The position numbers and the translations under genes are program-made. Source: Lama guanicoe (lineage: Eukaryota). Taken from it: a stretch of DNA of 64,000 nt. The notes under the pieces were generated by a model. It was not told the origin of the DNA and ran no database searches. It saw only the letters and a program-made list of their open reading frames with translations. This document shows positions 1 to 13,425 of this stretch, in pieces (the first letter of the stretch is position 1; each line of letters starts with the position of its first letter). The DNA lies in contig MU053754.1 in assembly GCA_013239625.1 (NCBI GenBank), positions 1,345,966-1,409,965 of the forward strand. The letters run 5' to 3'.

Positions 1-19
1 AATCTCACCTCCCATCCTT

Positions 20-220
20 TGTCCATGCCTCAGCCATACTGAAAAGCTTACGGTACTCTTGAGCATATCATATCATCATATTTCTTCACACATTTACACA
101 CACTGTTCTCCCTTCCAGAAATGCCTTTATGATACCTTTGCCTACGTGGTAGCCCTACTTGTCCCTTCAAGTGTAACTCAAGGATCTCTTCTCTTTGAAG
201 CATTTCAAGAACCTCCAGAA
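20..220 (+). mobile_element. L2 LINE relic (3' region)
   Basis: Degenerate match to recalled L2 3' motifs (cagccatactg...ctgttctcccttccagaaatgc...cccttcaagtgtaactcaa...gaagcatttc). Confidence 0.5.
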
Positions 221-443
221 AAAAGTCAACCCATGCTCTTGTGGGCTTTGAGAAATGCATGGGAAATAGACTCAATAAGACTTGACTTAGCTGATGTGAG
301 GAGAGAGAACACCAATCAAACAATTCTAGGGCTTTGAGCCTAGAAGTCAAGAATCATGGCAAGCCACTATTAGAGAAGAAGAAGGCTGAGGTTTTACCGG
401 AAGGGTGGAGATCTATGAGGTTATTTTTTTTAAAGCAAACTCC

Positions 444-1310
444 TTATTGACATAGAACATATGTACAGTAAAGTGTAAAAGTGTCCGGCTTACACATACC
501 AGAACGGCTAATATTCAGGAGACAGACAACATCAACACCTGCTGTTGGCGAGGACTTGCAGCAACGCTCATGTGCTCCTGGAGCATAAATCCTTGCACCA
601 TTTTGGAAAACGGTGGGGCAAATATCAAAAAAGGGTAAACATATGCACACCCTAAAACCCAGCGATTCCTTTCCCAGGAATACATCCAACAGATATGCTG
701 ACATAAGTTCATCAAAAACATGTACAGGATGTTCAGAGCAGCTTAACTCATTATGACAAAAAGTAGAAATGATCCAAATGTCCATTAATCCTTGAATGGA
801 TGAATGAATTGCATTTTATTTACACATGGAAAACTATGTGACAATGAGAATGAGTGATATACCACATGTAAAAGTATGGATAAATCTCAAACATAAGACT
901 GAGGGAAAGGAGGCGATACAAAAGAGAACACTATATGCTACACAAAGTACAGAAAAGGAACACGGCTACTCTACGCTTCTGGAGGGCAGGATGGAAGTCA
1001 GTGACCGGAGAGGAGTGAAAGAGGTGATTCTGGCGTGTCAGCAGGCTCTACTTCATTCCATTGCTCATTACATAGTTGTGTTCCATCTGTGAAAGTCCAG
1101 CAAACTGCTCACCCAGGGTGAGTGCATTTTCTGTGTACTGAACCACAATGAAAATGTTTCAAGTGCACAGCTTACTGAATTTTCACTGAGTGAACATTCC
1201 CATGGAACTAACATTCAGCCAAGACACAGAACACTGCCAGCACCTCAGAACCCCTCATACTCCCACCCCTATCAACCCCCACAAAACCAGCTCTATTTTG
1301 ACTTCTATCC
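444..1310 (-). mobile_element. Old L1 (L1ME/L1MC-like) 3' end, split into 444-484 and ~1155-1310
   Basis: ttattgacatagaacatatgtacagtaaagtg continues ~670 bp later as aagtgcacagcttactgaattttcac...agaacactgccagcacctcagaa, the antisense of an old L1 3' UTR. Confidence 0.55.
490..1150 (+). mobile_element. Old L1 (L1ME-like) ORF2 end and 3' UTR
   Basis: Motifs accattttggaaaac, acccagcgattcctttcccaggaatacatccaac, caaatgtccattaa, atggataaatctcaaac. Confidence 0.75.
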
Positions 1311-2042
1311 TGGTGGCAAAGACCTCACTTGTACCATTCAGAGCTATTTCCTCCATATCTAAAACATATATTGGCATGCTATAGATATTTTACAGATACA
1401 TGTTGAAATAATTAACTACAGGCAAAACTGGGAAGTCAACCAAGACATCTGAAACCCTGACCCTGGCCAAGCCCATGAAATTAAAAGGATAAACTGAGGT
1501 AAAGAAGCTAAGAAGGAAACTGCAGTTCCTTGGAGAATGTCTATATTGAGAAGTAGGAAAAGCAATTCTGAAGAGTTGTCTGAAAATCAGTCAAACTAGG
1601 TTTTCATTTCATAAACCTAATTTACTAGTTTCTTATCACCCTGTTGAACAGGTCTGTTTTGTATGATTAAGCAAATTATTGGTCAATCAAAAATAATTTA
1701 TTCATGAAATCTTTTTGGTGACTATATTATAAGCGTCTTTGTATTCACAAACAAGGCTCTGAAATGTATGACTTAGGATCTGCATTGTCAACTTGAAAAT
1801 AGAAAGAATTTCATCTTCCTCACACCCTTTGGATTTGAGCTGTCAGCAACTGTGCAAAGAGCATCAAATCCATTAAAAATTTATAACATTTGAAACGCCC
1901 AACAGCCACAAAACTGATTTTTCTTTAAGTCTGTGACTCATCCAATCTGATACTGAGTGTTCACCGTGTAGAAAGGAAGAAGCACCAGGACCCACTATGG
2001 GAGGTTGGCTTGCCTGTCCAACTGCATCTGCACAAACATTAC

Positions 2043-2093
2043 CTCTCCCCCCCTGAGCCCCAGGACAGGAACGGCGGATGTCCAGGAAATAAA
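2043..2093 (-). CDS. Candidate 51-nt exon, (V)YFLDIRRSCPGAQGGR if entered in phase 1
   Basis: Minus strand ACAACAG|TTTATT...GAGAG|GTAATG. Good donor, mediocre pyrimidine tract. Open in the phase left by the 6058-6085 candidate, but also in other frames. Confidence 0.2.
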
Positions 2094-3671
2094 CTGTTGT
2101 AAGTTATTACAAAATAAAAGCATACACAGGGGAGTGGACTTCTCCCTGCCCTAAGTTTCTCTGGCTGCATGTCTGGAGTGTCTTGAATGACGGCAGTACC
2201 CGCATTCCCACAGGCAGCTCTTTCTTCTATAACTCCATTTACATTCTGTCCGAATGTCACTTCCAGCATTATTACAGTCCTTACTCTGGAGTTGTACCGT
2301 GTCCAGAGTTTGAAATAAGCTGTAAGATTCATTGTGTGATTGATGCTATGCTATGCAATTTATATTAATCTGTCAGCACAATTAGATTAAGTTCTTTGAC
2401 TGGAGGGTAAGGCTCTGACATACCATTTGAATCACAAAAAGATAGTGTGGGATAAAGAAAGAGTGTAAATACTTAAATAGTTGTTTAATCAGGTTGTTTT
2501 TACATTTAGAAATATTGCAAAATACCCCCAAATCTTGGATTTCCATGATGATAACTAAACTTAGAGTAGTTCAGAAAAAGCTCATAGTTTAGGAAAGATC
2601 ATGATTAGTCATCCAGATGGATGGGAACTGCACACCATCCACAGACAGTGCTGACTGAAAAGGAGGATGGCGGCTTCATCTCATTAATCAGCAGAGACAG
2701 GGCAAGGACGCCCACGCATGGGAAAGCCCCAGTGCACACCTCAATGCCAAGGCCTCCCTGTTACCTGCATCTTGTCAAGATAGAAAGACAAAGCCAGGCC
2801 CCCCTTAACAGGCCATGTGGCCAGAAATCCAGGGCTGCTCCTCAACTGAGTATGCTCAGGTTATTTCCTGGGTGCCCATTTCTCATCTTCAACTGACTAC
2901 GCTATTTTTAAATTTTTTTAAAGTAGCACAAGTGTACAGAAACTGGGAAATTCTCAAAAAGTAGAAAAACAGAGATCATAAACATTCACCCTGTTAGTGT
3001 TTGGATGTAGTTGATCGTTGCTGTGGATATTTTTACGTATGATGATTATATGGAATCTTTAAAGTTACTTAAGCTTTATAAATCAACAGGTATAATGCCA
3101 TAAATCATATACATTTAATGTTCATTTTTTAATTTAAAAAAATCTTAAAGAAAAAAATGATTTAAATCCATATAGACAGAGTTTTCTCTGTTGTTTCGCT
3201 CTCTGCTAACTCTTTCTGAATGCATCAGAATCAAATTCCAATGTTTTGACATCTAATAGATACGCCCCTTATTACCCAGTTTAGAGGGCTGACTGTGGAC
3301 AGAGATATAAATCAAGCACAGAACATTCCACCAGTGTAAATCCTCCATCCTTGGTTTAAACAACTTTGACTGGCGCCCCAGGCTTCAGATATCACAAGGA
3401 TGACCAATTCAGACCTTCTCAGAGCAGGCTGTGGGCACGGCAGGTAACCCAAGTCTTCTCGGAGTAGGCAGTGGGCAGCAAGTCAACCAGATCTGTAAAC
3501 CAGCCCAAGTTCTGTGGTTTGAATAAATGGGCATAAACTGGACGAAGACATCAAGCATCTGTTCAGGAAAAAATCGTAGGTGCAGTGTTTTCCGGATCCC
3601 TCTACTGTCTAATCGTGGCCTTCCCCAGAATCTGCACCTGGGGAAGTCAACATACTTTGTTACAATGTTCT

Positions 3672-3806
3672 CCTTTTTTCCAATAAGTATTTTACTTATT
3701 TATTTATCTTTGTTTTTTTTTTTTGATTAGTGGAGGTACTGGGGATTGAACCCAGGACCTCGTGCTTGCAAAGCATGCCTTCTACCACTGAGCTATACCC
3801 TACCCC
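3672..3806 (-). mobile_element. tRNA-Ala-derived SINE (camelid Vic-1 type)
   Basis: Minus strand GGGGTAGGGTATAGCTCAGTGGTAGAAGGCATGCTTTGCAAGCACGAGGTCCTGGGTTCAATCCCCAGTACCTCCA with A/B boxes and A-rich tail; perfect 10-bp TSD acaatgttct at 3662-3671 and 3807-3816. Confidence 0.92.
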
Positions 3807-3899
3807 ACAATGTTCTTAAATTATAACACTTTTCTTCCTGAAAACCTGTAAGTGCTTCTCCACTATCTTCTGATGACTCATTTTTCAGAGGAAAGATGG

Positions 3900-4390
3900 A
3901 GTTTATGAGCCTACTTCAGTGACAGGCAATAAAAACTCAATATATTTAATATAACCAAAAAAGAAGTGTGGACTCATATAATGAAAGAGTCCAGCTGCCC
4001 CCAGGGGCACCCATGTCACTGAGATTGTGTTGTTTCACACTCTCCCCATTTCTACCCTCTTTATTATTAGCTTTATTCCCAAGCAAGCTTTCCATGTAGA
4101 AATAAAGATGGTTGTCTACAACGCCAGACACATGTGTGGTCACACAGAGATTTCTTTTTCCTGATATCTTGACAGAAGTCCAGGTAAGAATGCCATTGGT
4201 CTGGCTTGGGTTATGTGCTCAGCCTTGTTCAGAGGATAGGTATCCTAATTAACTAGCTTGAATTCCAAGGTCAGTTTTGTATTGGGTGATACAGTGTCAT
4301 CTGATTGGCAACCCCAGGCAGGAGAGCTCCCAAAATAAATGAAGGGCTGTGTCACCTAAAAAAAGGATGGAGAGATAGTGGGCTGCAGAT
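3900..4390 (-). mobile_element. MaLR LTR relic (MLT1J/K-like)
   Basis: Degenerate motifs ttagctttattcccaagcaagctt, aagatggttg, attggtctggcttgggttatgtgctcagcctt. Confidence 0.5.
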
Positions 4391-5189
4391 ATAGGTGGAA
4401 ATTTCACTGAATTTGCATGTCTTGTAGATAAGCTTCTTTTCTCCTTAAAGTGCATAGATTGACAACCCATTTTCTTAGGAATCTTCTTTTTAACTAAAGC
4501 AATTTTTCACTTATGTCTCTTTTTATCCTATTTTTTTTTAACCTCAAAGCAATCCTAACTGCCTCTGATGCCCATTTCAACTCCACTATCACATTTTTTA
4601 TTTCCTCGCATCCTCTCTTACTTCACCCGTCTTGCTTCCTCATGTTATCCTTTGGTTTTTCATCTTTCCTTCTTTCTAATTCCCCCTCAGGACTTCATTC
4701 TCTGGCTTGCTGCCTTCCATCTTATTTTGAATTCCTAACAGTTTTCTAAAGTTCTCTTCTATTTCCTGATTTGCTCAATATTAGAAATTCAGTCTCCTTC
4801 TGGGCTTTCAGGGTAATACTGCTTTTAATTCAGCAGCTTTTCCCACAGGCGCTGTTGGTCTTGCTTTGGCTCTTATTTGCTTGTCACGTGTAAAGGAGAC
4901 TCATCCATTTGTGGCTGCTGTCCCCAAGTAGGCTGCATGGATTACACTCATCTTCACTCTGCATCCATCTGGAGTATTCTTCTAATTCCATTCTTCTACT
5001 TATATTAAGATCAACTGACTGCTCTACACAGCCCTGGGTCTGCATCTCAATGTATAGCAAATATTCACCTGCCACTTGCACGCTGTACTGAAATGAGAAC
5101 TACCCCTAGGGGATGCACACCCTGCTTCAAAGGGGTCTGTGCACAAGTGCATCCTCCAGGTGCATTTCCGTTTTACTTCTGGGGACCAT

Positions 5190-5241
5190 CCCTTTGCACA
5201 GGGTTCTGCACACAACCCTTTGCACAGGGTTCTGCACACAA
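5190..5241. repeat. Perfect 26-bp tandem duplication
   Basis: ccctttgcacagggttctgcacacaa at 5190-5215 and 5216-5241. Confidence 0.95.
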
Positions 5242-6057
5242 CCACCTGCTCCCAGCCAACCCTCTAACTGCCAAGTATTTCTGAGGTCTGGTGTCCAGAC
5301 AAAAATACAGGGGTTTATGACAGCTGCCTAGAAAAGATAACTCAGTCTTTGCTTTGGAGTCTCTGCCTAGCCTCAGAGACAGGAAGGGCAGAAGGAAGAT
5401 CTTTGCCCCTACTTTCATGTGAACCAGCAGGCCTATGGTGTTCTAGGTAGCTCTATCAGGTGAAATTGGTCATAATTCTTCAAAACTTATGGCAGTAGGT
5501 TAGCTGTTGCTTTTCAGAGGTACTAGGGTAAGAAGCAGGAAGGAATCAGTACAGGAATTGAGGGTGGGAGTCATTTTCAAGTGAAAGGGCTTCCCATTGA
5601 TTGAAGCTGAAATCCATTCCTAAACCATATGGCACGAAGCCTATGTTACCATTAAACAAATATTTTAATTCTGAAGTTATCCATAGAAGGCCATTTGTTA
5701 AGGCCTTTTCTTTATTTTCTGAAAGTACTGCAGCTCCGCTGTTCCGGGAAAATGATGCTTTTTCCTAAGTTTGAATGGTCCAAAGAAATGTAATTTCACA
5801 ATCACCCACAACAAAGCTCTTGCAAAGTTCCTGATCATGTCCACTGGGAAATTCTTCTTCACATTATACCCCAACCCCTCCTCATGTTATGTTTCAAACC
5901 TGCCTTTTTCTTTTGAACCCCATTAATAGAGCAGCTTAGCCAGGACACTGGAAAAACAGAGCCACTCACTGGGTTTGTTACAGCGGCCCAACCAAGGGCC
6001 ATGATGTCCACGCTGGGGAGTGGCAGCATTTAGACAAAGAACACCGTTCTCACTTAC

Positions 6058-6085
6058 CATATGCTGTAAGCTTCATTTTAACCAT
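6058..6085 (-). CDS. Candidate 28-nt exon, MVKMKLTAY+G (phase 0 to 1)
   Basis: Minus strand GATCTTAG|ATGGTTAAAATGAAGCTTACAGCATATG|GTAAGTG. Consensus donor, weak acceptor tract; only one frame is stop-free. Confidence 0.35.
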
Positions 6086-6209
6086 CTAAGATCAATGTAA
6101 TTATTTATTACAATGTCACTATTTTGTGAAATTAGCCTTCCTTCTTTACATAATAATTGTATCATTAGCCACTGTTAAAAAAAGAAAATCTGATGACTGC
6201 TCTGTGGGA

Positions 6210-6600
6210 CTTCCTCAGTTCTCACCAGGGAGATACACCCTGAGATGGAGACAGGCAGGGAGTTGAGGAAGCAGCACTTTTAAAATAAAGACCTTTGGGA
6301 AAGTGCAGGAAAAAGAAAAGGTGAACTGTGAGTTGGTGACACCAAGGTTTCTGCTGATCCAGTAGGACACTCTGGAGCTGGACGGTCCTTTGAAGTTGTC
6401 CTAAATTGAAGCAAGGGGACTGTAATAATATAAAATACAGAAAGAAAGAAACTGTCAGCAATTGAGTGTGAGTAGTTCTCAGGGAGAAGACATAAGCAAG
6501 GTTTCTCCCCTCAACAAGTGCATCTCCCAGACACAGACGCAGCTGTCAACACCCCCTGCAGGTATAGAAATGAGAGCCTCAGTCCCGAGACAGTATCTGA
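6210..6600. mobile_element. Old ERVL-class LTR relic (LTR33/LTR16-like)
   Basis: Motif ctctggagctggacggtcctttgaagttgtcctaaattgaagcaagggg resembles a recalled old ERVL LTR consensus. Confidence 0.45.
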
Positions 6601-6679
6601 GAAGCACAGCACAGAGTCCTCTCCAAGGACACAGTTTCCATAGGATGGTGTGTCAGGTTGGCAAGGCGCAGCTGTATGT

Positions 6680-7003
6680 CCCAAAAATCCTGAAATTCTG
6701 ATGACTTAGTTAAACAGTATATTATTTACTCATGCTCCCTGACCAACACATAGTGAGTTCTCATTCATGTCACTTGAGGACCCAGGTTTATGAAGACTCC
6801 AAAACAGCGGATATTTTTATGATCATTAAGGTAGAAGAACAGAAACATAATGAATCATGCACTACCCTGAAGAGGCCGAGAAGTTAAGTCATGTCTCTTC
6901 CAATCATTTTTGTTGCCAAATTATGTTACATGGCCTAAAATCCACTGGAAAAGCATCCAGTAAAAGGGGAGAATCAGAATCTCTATGACCTGATGACCAC
7001 CAC
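6680..7003 (-). mobile_element. MaLR LTR relic (MLT1K/L-like)
   Basis: gaggacccagg...gaatcatgcact...ttgccaaattatgttacatggcc, ending ...accaccaca. Confidence 0.45.
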
Positions 7004-7588
7004 AAAGAAACACTCATTTCTACACCTGCCCAGGGTCTACAGATATTAACTGACTATTGAAATATTGACATACCTTTTGTTAATCTTTGCACATTTATTC
7101 TTTAATTGCAACTAAAGGACAGTGTAAAGGAAAAGTACATTTGAGAGCTATAAACTCAATTATAAAACTGAAGAGCTAAATATTTCCATAAAGCACTCTA
7201 ATGAAGGAATTGCAAGAAAATACAAAGAAAGCAAAAGTGGATGACACTTAAGAAGAGACTGGAAACTTAGAACATTCTCTAATGCTTTTTAAGTCCCTAA
7301 AGTTATGAGTATAAAAATCCTCGAAACAAAAGCGTCTCTGTGTTTTGGACAGAGTGGCAAAGCGAAGGTATGAGACATGTTGACTTCCTCATGCCATTGT
7401 ACAACAAAGCAGGAGGAGGAAGAATCCTCAAATGGAAGGAATGATAGTACCTACAAAAAAAATAGAAGGGGAAAATGTGATCTTCTGCAAGGAAGAAAGA
7501 AAGTCCCTGGCTTTGGAACTAATACTGTGAAGCTGTCACAGCAGCTACAAGTACATAGTACATGTTGCCTTGAGAGTGTGTACTTGTG

Positions 7589-7631
7589 ATGTGTGTATGT
7601 GCCCGTGCGTGTGTGTGTGTGTGTGCGCACA
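7589..7631. repeat. Imperfect (TG)n microsatellite
   Basis: atgtgtgtatgtgcccgtgcgtgtgtgtgtgtgtgtgcgcaca. Confidence 0.85.
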
Positions 7632-7744
7632 TGGCTTCCCAGCATACCACTCAGACAGCGACAGCATCATCCGGCCAGCCCAAGGATAAGCTAAGAGCCT
7701 GGCTGTTGTAATTACTTCTTCAAATCTACTTTAAAAACATGAGG

Positions 7745-9092
7745 GACCTTTTCCACAAATGGTGTTGGGAAAACCAGACATTCACATGTAAATGAATGAA
7801 ATCAGACCCTAATCTTACACCACTCACAAAAATTAACTTGAAATGGATTAAGACCTGAAACTATGAAACCCCTGGAAGAAAACATAGGGAAAACGCTTCA
7901 TAATATTACTCGAGGCAATGGTTTCTTGGACATGACACCAAAAACACAAGCAACAAAAGCACTGACAAACAGAACTACCTAAAACTAAAAAGCTTCTCCA
8001 AGCAAAGGAAAAAACCAGCAAAGTAAAAAGGCAACTTGCTGAATGGAAGAAAATATCTGCAAACCATATATATGATAAGAGGTTAATATCTAAAATATAT
8101 AAGAAATTTATGCAACTCAATAGCAATAAATAAATAAATAACCTGATTTTTAAATGAGCAAAGAACTTGAAAAGACGTTTTCCCCAAAAGACATAGAAAC
8201 AGCTAACAGATACATTAAAAGGTACTCAACATTATCAGTTATCAGGAAAAAGCAAATCAAAACAACAATGAGGTATCAACTCACACCTGTTAGAATGGCC
8301 ATCAGGAAAAAGACAGGAAGTCAGTATTGGCGAGGACGTGGAGAAAAGGGAACCCTGTACACTGCTGGTGGGAATGCAAACTGGTACAGCCACAATGCAA
8401 AACAGTCTGGAAGTTACTCAGAAAATTCAAAACAGAACTACCAGATGATCCAGTAATCCCACTTCTGGGTATTTATTCTCAAGAGCTGAAATCAGGATCT
8501 CAAAGAGATATCTGCACTCCCATGTTCACTGCAGCATTATTCACAAGAGCCAAGATGTGGAAACAACCTAAGTGTCCACTGACACAGGAATATCCGGTAC
8601 ACAAAATGTGATATATACATACATAAAACACTATTCAGCCTAAAGAAAGAAATCCTGGCACTTGCAACAACATGGATGAAACTGAAACACATTACGCTCA
8701 ATGAAATAAGCCAGTCACAAAAGTACAAACAATTTCACGATTCCACTTAAACGAGGAAATACACAGAGAAGCAGAGAATCAAATTTTATTACTTCGGAAC
8801 TGAACTATCAGGAAAGTTTACACTGCTCTAAGTGGCAGGGGCTGGGGAAGGGGAGATGAGAGCTGCTGTTCAGTCAGGAGGGGAGGTGGGAGCTGCTGTT
8901 GAGTGGGGAGGGGAGATGGGAGCTGCTGCTGAGTGGGGACAGAGTTTCAGTTATATAAGATGAGTAGGTGCTAGAGATCTGCTGTCCAGCATTGAGACTA
9001 CAGTTAACAATTCTGTATTGTGCACATAAGATTTTGTAAAAAGTGTAAATCTCATGTCAAGTTGTTAAGTGTTCTTATGACAATTTTTAAGA
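7745..9092 (+). mobile_element. 5'-truncated L1 (L1MA9-like): ORF2 C-terminus and 3' UTR
   Basis: Broken ORFs carry L1 ORF2 motifs (QIKTTMRYQLTPVRMA; HCWWECKLVQP...[40 protein letters not shown]), followed by an L1MA-type 3' UTR. Confidence 0.95.
8851..8940. repeat. 30-bp unit x3 inside the L1 3' UTR
   Basis: gggagatgagagctgctgttcagtcaggag / gggaggtgggagctgctgttgagtggggag / gggagatgggagctgctgctgagtggggac. Confidence 0.9.
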
Positions 9093-10686
9093 GAAAGAGT
9101 TTTTTCTGTTGTCAATAATAAAAACAGAATACGTATTTGAAAAACCCAAACAGAAATCCACTAAGAAAAACTATTTCAGGTTTGCAAAGTAATTAACTGT
9201 ACACACTGGAACAAGACATGTGATCCGGGTCTTACTGAAGCATGACTTGATGGGGGTCAGAGTCCTGACGTGGCTTTAGGTATCTGCAGTCCTCGCCACT
9301 GCTTTCCCATCCTTCTGGTAGACCTGGCCCCCGCCAGAGACCACAGCAGGGAATGTCAATTTGCCTTTGCTCAGTCCTCTTATGACCGAAAGTTCTTGGC
9401 TAGACTTCCTAATGTTGCTGCTGAGGGCCTCAATTTTCTACTAACTATTTTCTCTGCCTGGGTACTTTTACCGTCTGTGATCCACTCCTATTCTTGAACA
9501 ATTTAATTTCCTCACGTTGACGATTATCACGCACTTCTTCTAGGTGTACTGGGTATTATGCAAAAGAAGCACTCTCTGTAGGTCACTTAGAGCAGCGTAT
9601 AATTTCCTGATAGTCCCATTCCAAAATAAAATATAGATGCAAATAAGTCTACATACACATACTGCAGCAATTGCTTTTTTCCCAAAGCATATCCTCTGAT
9701 TCCTCAATTTCTTCCCACTTGAGGGAGTCAGTAAATGTGGGAGGGTGGAAGACAGATATTTCTTTTCTGCTAAACTTCATCACAAATTTACTTTTTTCTT
9801 GCTCTTTTATAGGAAAGGCTAATGAGAATCAGTAATCATCGTGTTAACATTTGCATCAAAGGAAGAGTTTAAAGTAATGAGCAATAAAAACATAAATGAA
9901 TATTTTATTTCTAAGTGAGTTTTCCCCTTGAGTTTCCTGAATTGTTAATTTTCAGGGTCAAATGCCAGGCTGTGTTTCCCACTCTACAGCAATGAGAAAC
10001 GGCAGATAGGAAGAGGACCGGCACACACTGCAAATGACTAACACACATCATAAGACTACGCTGAAGATTGAAAGTTAAATATTACAGGTTTCAGGTGGTT
10101 TTATGTTTACTGTGTAAACTCTAGTTCTATAATCTGAGAACAAGTAACTATTCATTTTGAACTTTTTTTTATAGATTCCATCTCAAATATAGTTCCCCCC
10201 AAATTTGCTGTATTCAGATTGTCTTAACACTGTCTGTGAATTGTGTTCCCTTGACAAGAGCACGTGAGAAGTTTAAAGGATAATGATTTTCTAAAAATAC
10301 CAATAATTTGCACTTTCTTTTCCATCTCAAAGCAATTGGATTTATTACATATTTTTATCCACTTGTCAGGCATGGAGAATGTGGTTACCAAGAACTCTCA
10401 AATCCTTTTGTGCTTTCAAAATGAAATGATCAAACCAAAATTAAATCGATAATTTAAACGACACTGCGTGTGTCCTCAGTGAGACAATGGCATCAAGCAT
10501 GCGTTCTTCCTTGAAACGAGAGGATCACTTTATATTCTCTAACTTGACTCATCCAATTGTGTTTCACGCTTTCAGCAAACGGGATTGTGGCCAACACCTT
10601 TGCCCAATTTCTTCAGAGAAGAGAACATAGTCTATGAGTCTGAATATATGGATTAACTGTCCATCATTATTAGAGCAGTTCCTTAC

Positions 10687-10752
10687 CTGACATTTGATCA
10701 ATAGCACAGAGTCTTGCTCACTTGTCTTGTCACAAATCTCATTAAATAGCTT
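10687..10752 (-). CDS. Candidate 66-nt exon, KLFNEICDKTSEQDSVLLIKCQ (phase 0 to 0)
   Basis: Minus strand TTTTCTCTTTGTTGTGTGTGGTTACGTTTAG|AAG...TGTCAG|GTAAGG. Strong donor, non-repetitive context, only one open frame. Confidence 0.45.
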
Positions 10753-13314
10753 CTAAACGTAACCACACACAACAAAGAGAAAATACACATATATTTTTTC
10801 CCAGTCAGTAGTCTGTGAGTTGCAGTCATGTAAAATACAAAACTACCTCAGTCTTTAAATGATGGGAAAAGGGGCTAAAGTTACCTAAGTCCTTTATGCC
10901 ATATGGCTCTCCGAAATGTCTAAGTGAAGCACCACTGTTAAACAAATCTAAAAGGTCAGTCTAAATAGTTTAGCCATTTGTGAAAAGATAACGTTCTGGA
11001 AGAGTCTTTCCTACCAATTTGGAGTCTCCTTTAGATTCTGTAAGAGAGGGATAATAATAATTCTTTCCAGGTGTGATATTCAAAATATCTAGCTGCTGAT
11101 ATGATGTGGGTTCCAACCAATGAGAAAAGGCAGTGACAACTCACACTGGCCTTGGACCAGTGAGCCCCACCCAGGGGCATCAAGCAGCCTTGCCTCGTCC
11201 ACGGGACTGGTGGGATTAGGAGATGAAAAAGCAGGGCCCTGAGCAGAGTCTGACACACTGGATATCCTGAAAATGTCAGCATTTTCCAAATGAGGTCTCC
11301 TGCCACAGTAGGGCTTTAATGCAACTATATGCATAGTTCTGGAGAGCTTCCTCTAAATATTAAATGCACTAAAGATTAAATAGTGACACAAAGTTATCTG
11401 GAAAATGGGTGTGAATACCTCAGTAACTAACTCTTCATTTATGATCCAAGGTAGGAATGGACAGAAAGTTCCATGCCAGGCACAAACCAGAGTCAGAGAT
11501 GCAGGGAGAAGCATCAACACCAATGGACATGAAGGCTTCAACAGCTACAGGTCACTCACAACCAGCAGGGAAAGAGGGTGGGGAACTCTGCCTTCACGAC
11601 TACAGGGCCCGTCTTTAAACACGAAGGAGTTAGCAGAAGGGAACTGGATAAAAATTCACAGCTGTACCTCACTCACGGTCAATGCAGCTTTCACCAAAAA
11701 TAAATTCTTGGAAGAATGGAAATACCCAATTTACTAAACGATTCTTCATCGAGTGTCTCCCAAAACCAAGTCCTCCTGATACACTGAAATTTCACTTGAT
11801 TTTCAGAGATTTAGAGAGAATATTTTCAGCAACACACATATCTAATAGACAATGCATGCATCCACAATCTTATTTTCCAGAAGGAAATGCCAGGACCTGT
11901 GGCTGTCCCAGTTGCTATGGAGACCATAAAGCCCTTGGATGAAGTCCACCGTCCAGAGCTTTGAGGAGAACGAAGCCAGCAGCTGCAGGAGTCAGAACCT
12001 GACTGCCATATGGGTTCTGCAGCTGCCAGACCAGAGATCCTAGAGAAGGCCCGGAGAGGAGGGCAGGGTGGGAAGAGAATTCTACTTCTTTCGGAAAGAG
12101 AGGAAAAGAAAAACAAACAGTGGGGGAATGGTTGATCTAAATGCAATTACACTACTTAATGAATCCACTGGAGCCCACGATATTTTAAACCATCTCAAAT
12201 GATTAGGAAATTAATTCTAGCATGACTTTAGTCAAAGAACATTATGTGATGAATTCACACAATCTGAATAATTGCAGCTATCAGCTGAAATAACAGCAGG
12301 AAGATGAGTAAATAGGTCAGCTATTCTAGGAGATAAATGTGTATCCCCTGATGTCTTCTGCACAACTTTTTGTAAAAAGCAGACAGTAGCATTTTCCTAA
12401 TTGTTTTTAAACCTTTCTGCAGAGGTTATGTGTCTGAAATTCAAGAGCTGGCTGATAATAATCTCCCGTGACCGATTACTTTTCACCACAAAAGGAGCAA
12501 ATTACATTTCAGAGATTTCTTTTCTTAGCTATTATTGAACATTATGGAGAACAGGTGTGTGGGCAGAAGAGCCCTCTTTAACACAGCTTATGATGAGGGC
12601 AGACTCTCTGTAAACACTAAGAGAAATTTTTAAAGATCAATTGTGAAACGATTTATTAAATCACTCTCTAGTTATTTAGTGTTTAGCACTGAGCATCTAG
12701 GAATTGAAAGCACAGGGTGTGTACCAGAAAGCTTTGCTTTTTATTGGTTATTTTTTAGGTTTTTTCTTTTTTGGACTGGAGAAATTATGAACTGATGGGG
12801 AGACATGCTGTCATATGCACTGGACACTTTTTTTTTTAATCTTCAGTTGAAGAAATCAAAGCCAAGCAAATGCCCTTCCAAGTGTGAGGTCATAGTTGAG
12901 TATTTGTTGGCCAACAGCCACACTGTTAAGTCATTCCTGGGAACCGTGCTGTTTCAAGGCACTGCTTGTGGACAGAATGGACGGTACAGCATTGCCCCTA
13001 CCACCCACCCTGCCTGAAGTCAGATAAGGAGTCTATGCACGCAAGGCAGTGACATCCAATGCTATGGACCTACGTCAGCATCTCCCCTTCTAGTTAGCGC
13101 TGAAGTGTCTACTTTGGTCTCTTCAACACTTTGTCCTTATTACTAAGCACCCACAAATTCCTAGCACTAAAATAGATGGTAGGAAAGAGGGAATAAACAA
13201 TAAGCCACCCCCTTTGTCTCAGAGAGCCAAGAATAAAATTGGGTTTGGGTTGTTAAAAGGGGTATTTGTGGAAGAAAATCCAACTTCTCTAATTCTCACC
13301 ATGGAAATGCCTTG

Positions 13315-13425
13315 GAACTGCAGAACATTAGAGCTGAGAAAAGATCTCAGAGGCCAAAAGCACCAAACCTTCTTGCTTCACTGATGACAAAATTAAAACT
13401 CAGAGAATGTAAGCAATTTTCTCCA
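13315..13425. mobile_element. MIR/MIR3 relic
   Basis: cagaacattagagctgagaaaagatctcagagg...cactgatgacaaaattaaaactcagagaatgtaagcaattt. Confidence 0.55.

Noticed and set aside
3731..3806. tRNA-Ala genes (also 29945-30020 and 47103-47180)
   Set aside because: Substitutions in stems and anticodon arm, A-rich tails and TSDs show these are SINE copies.
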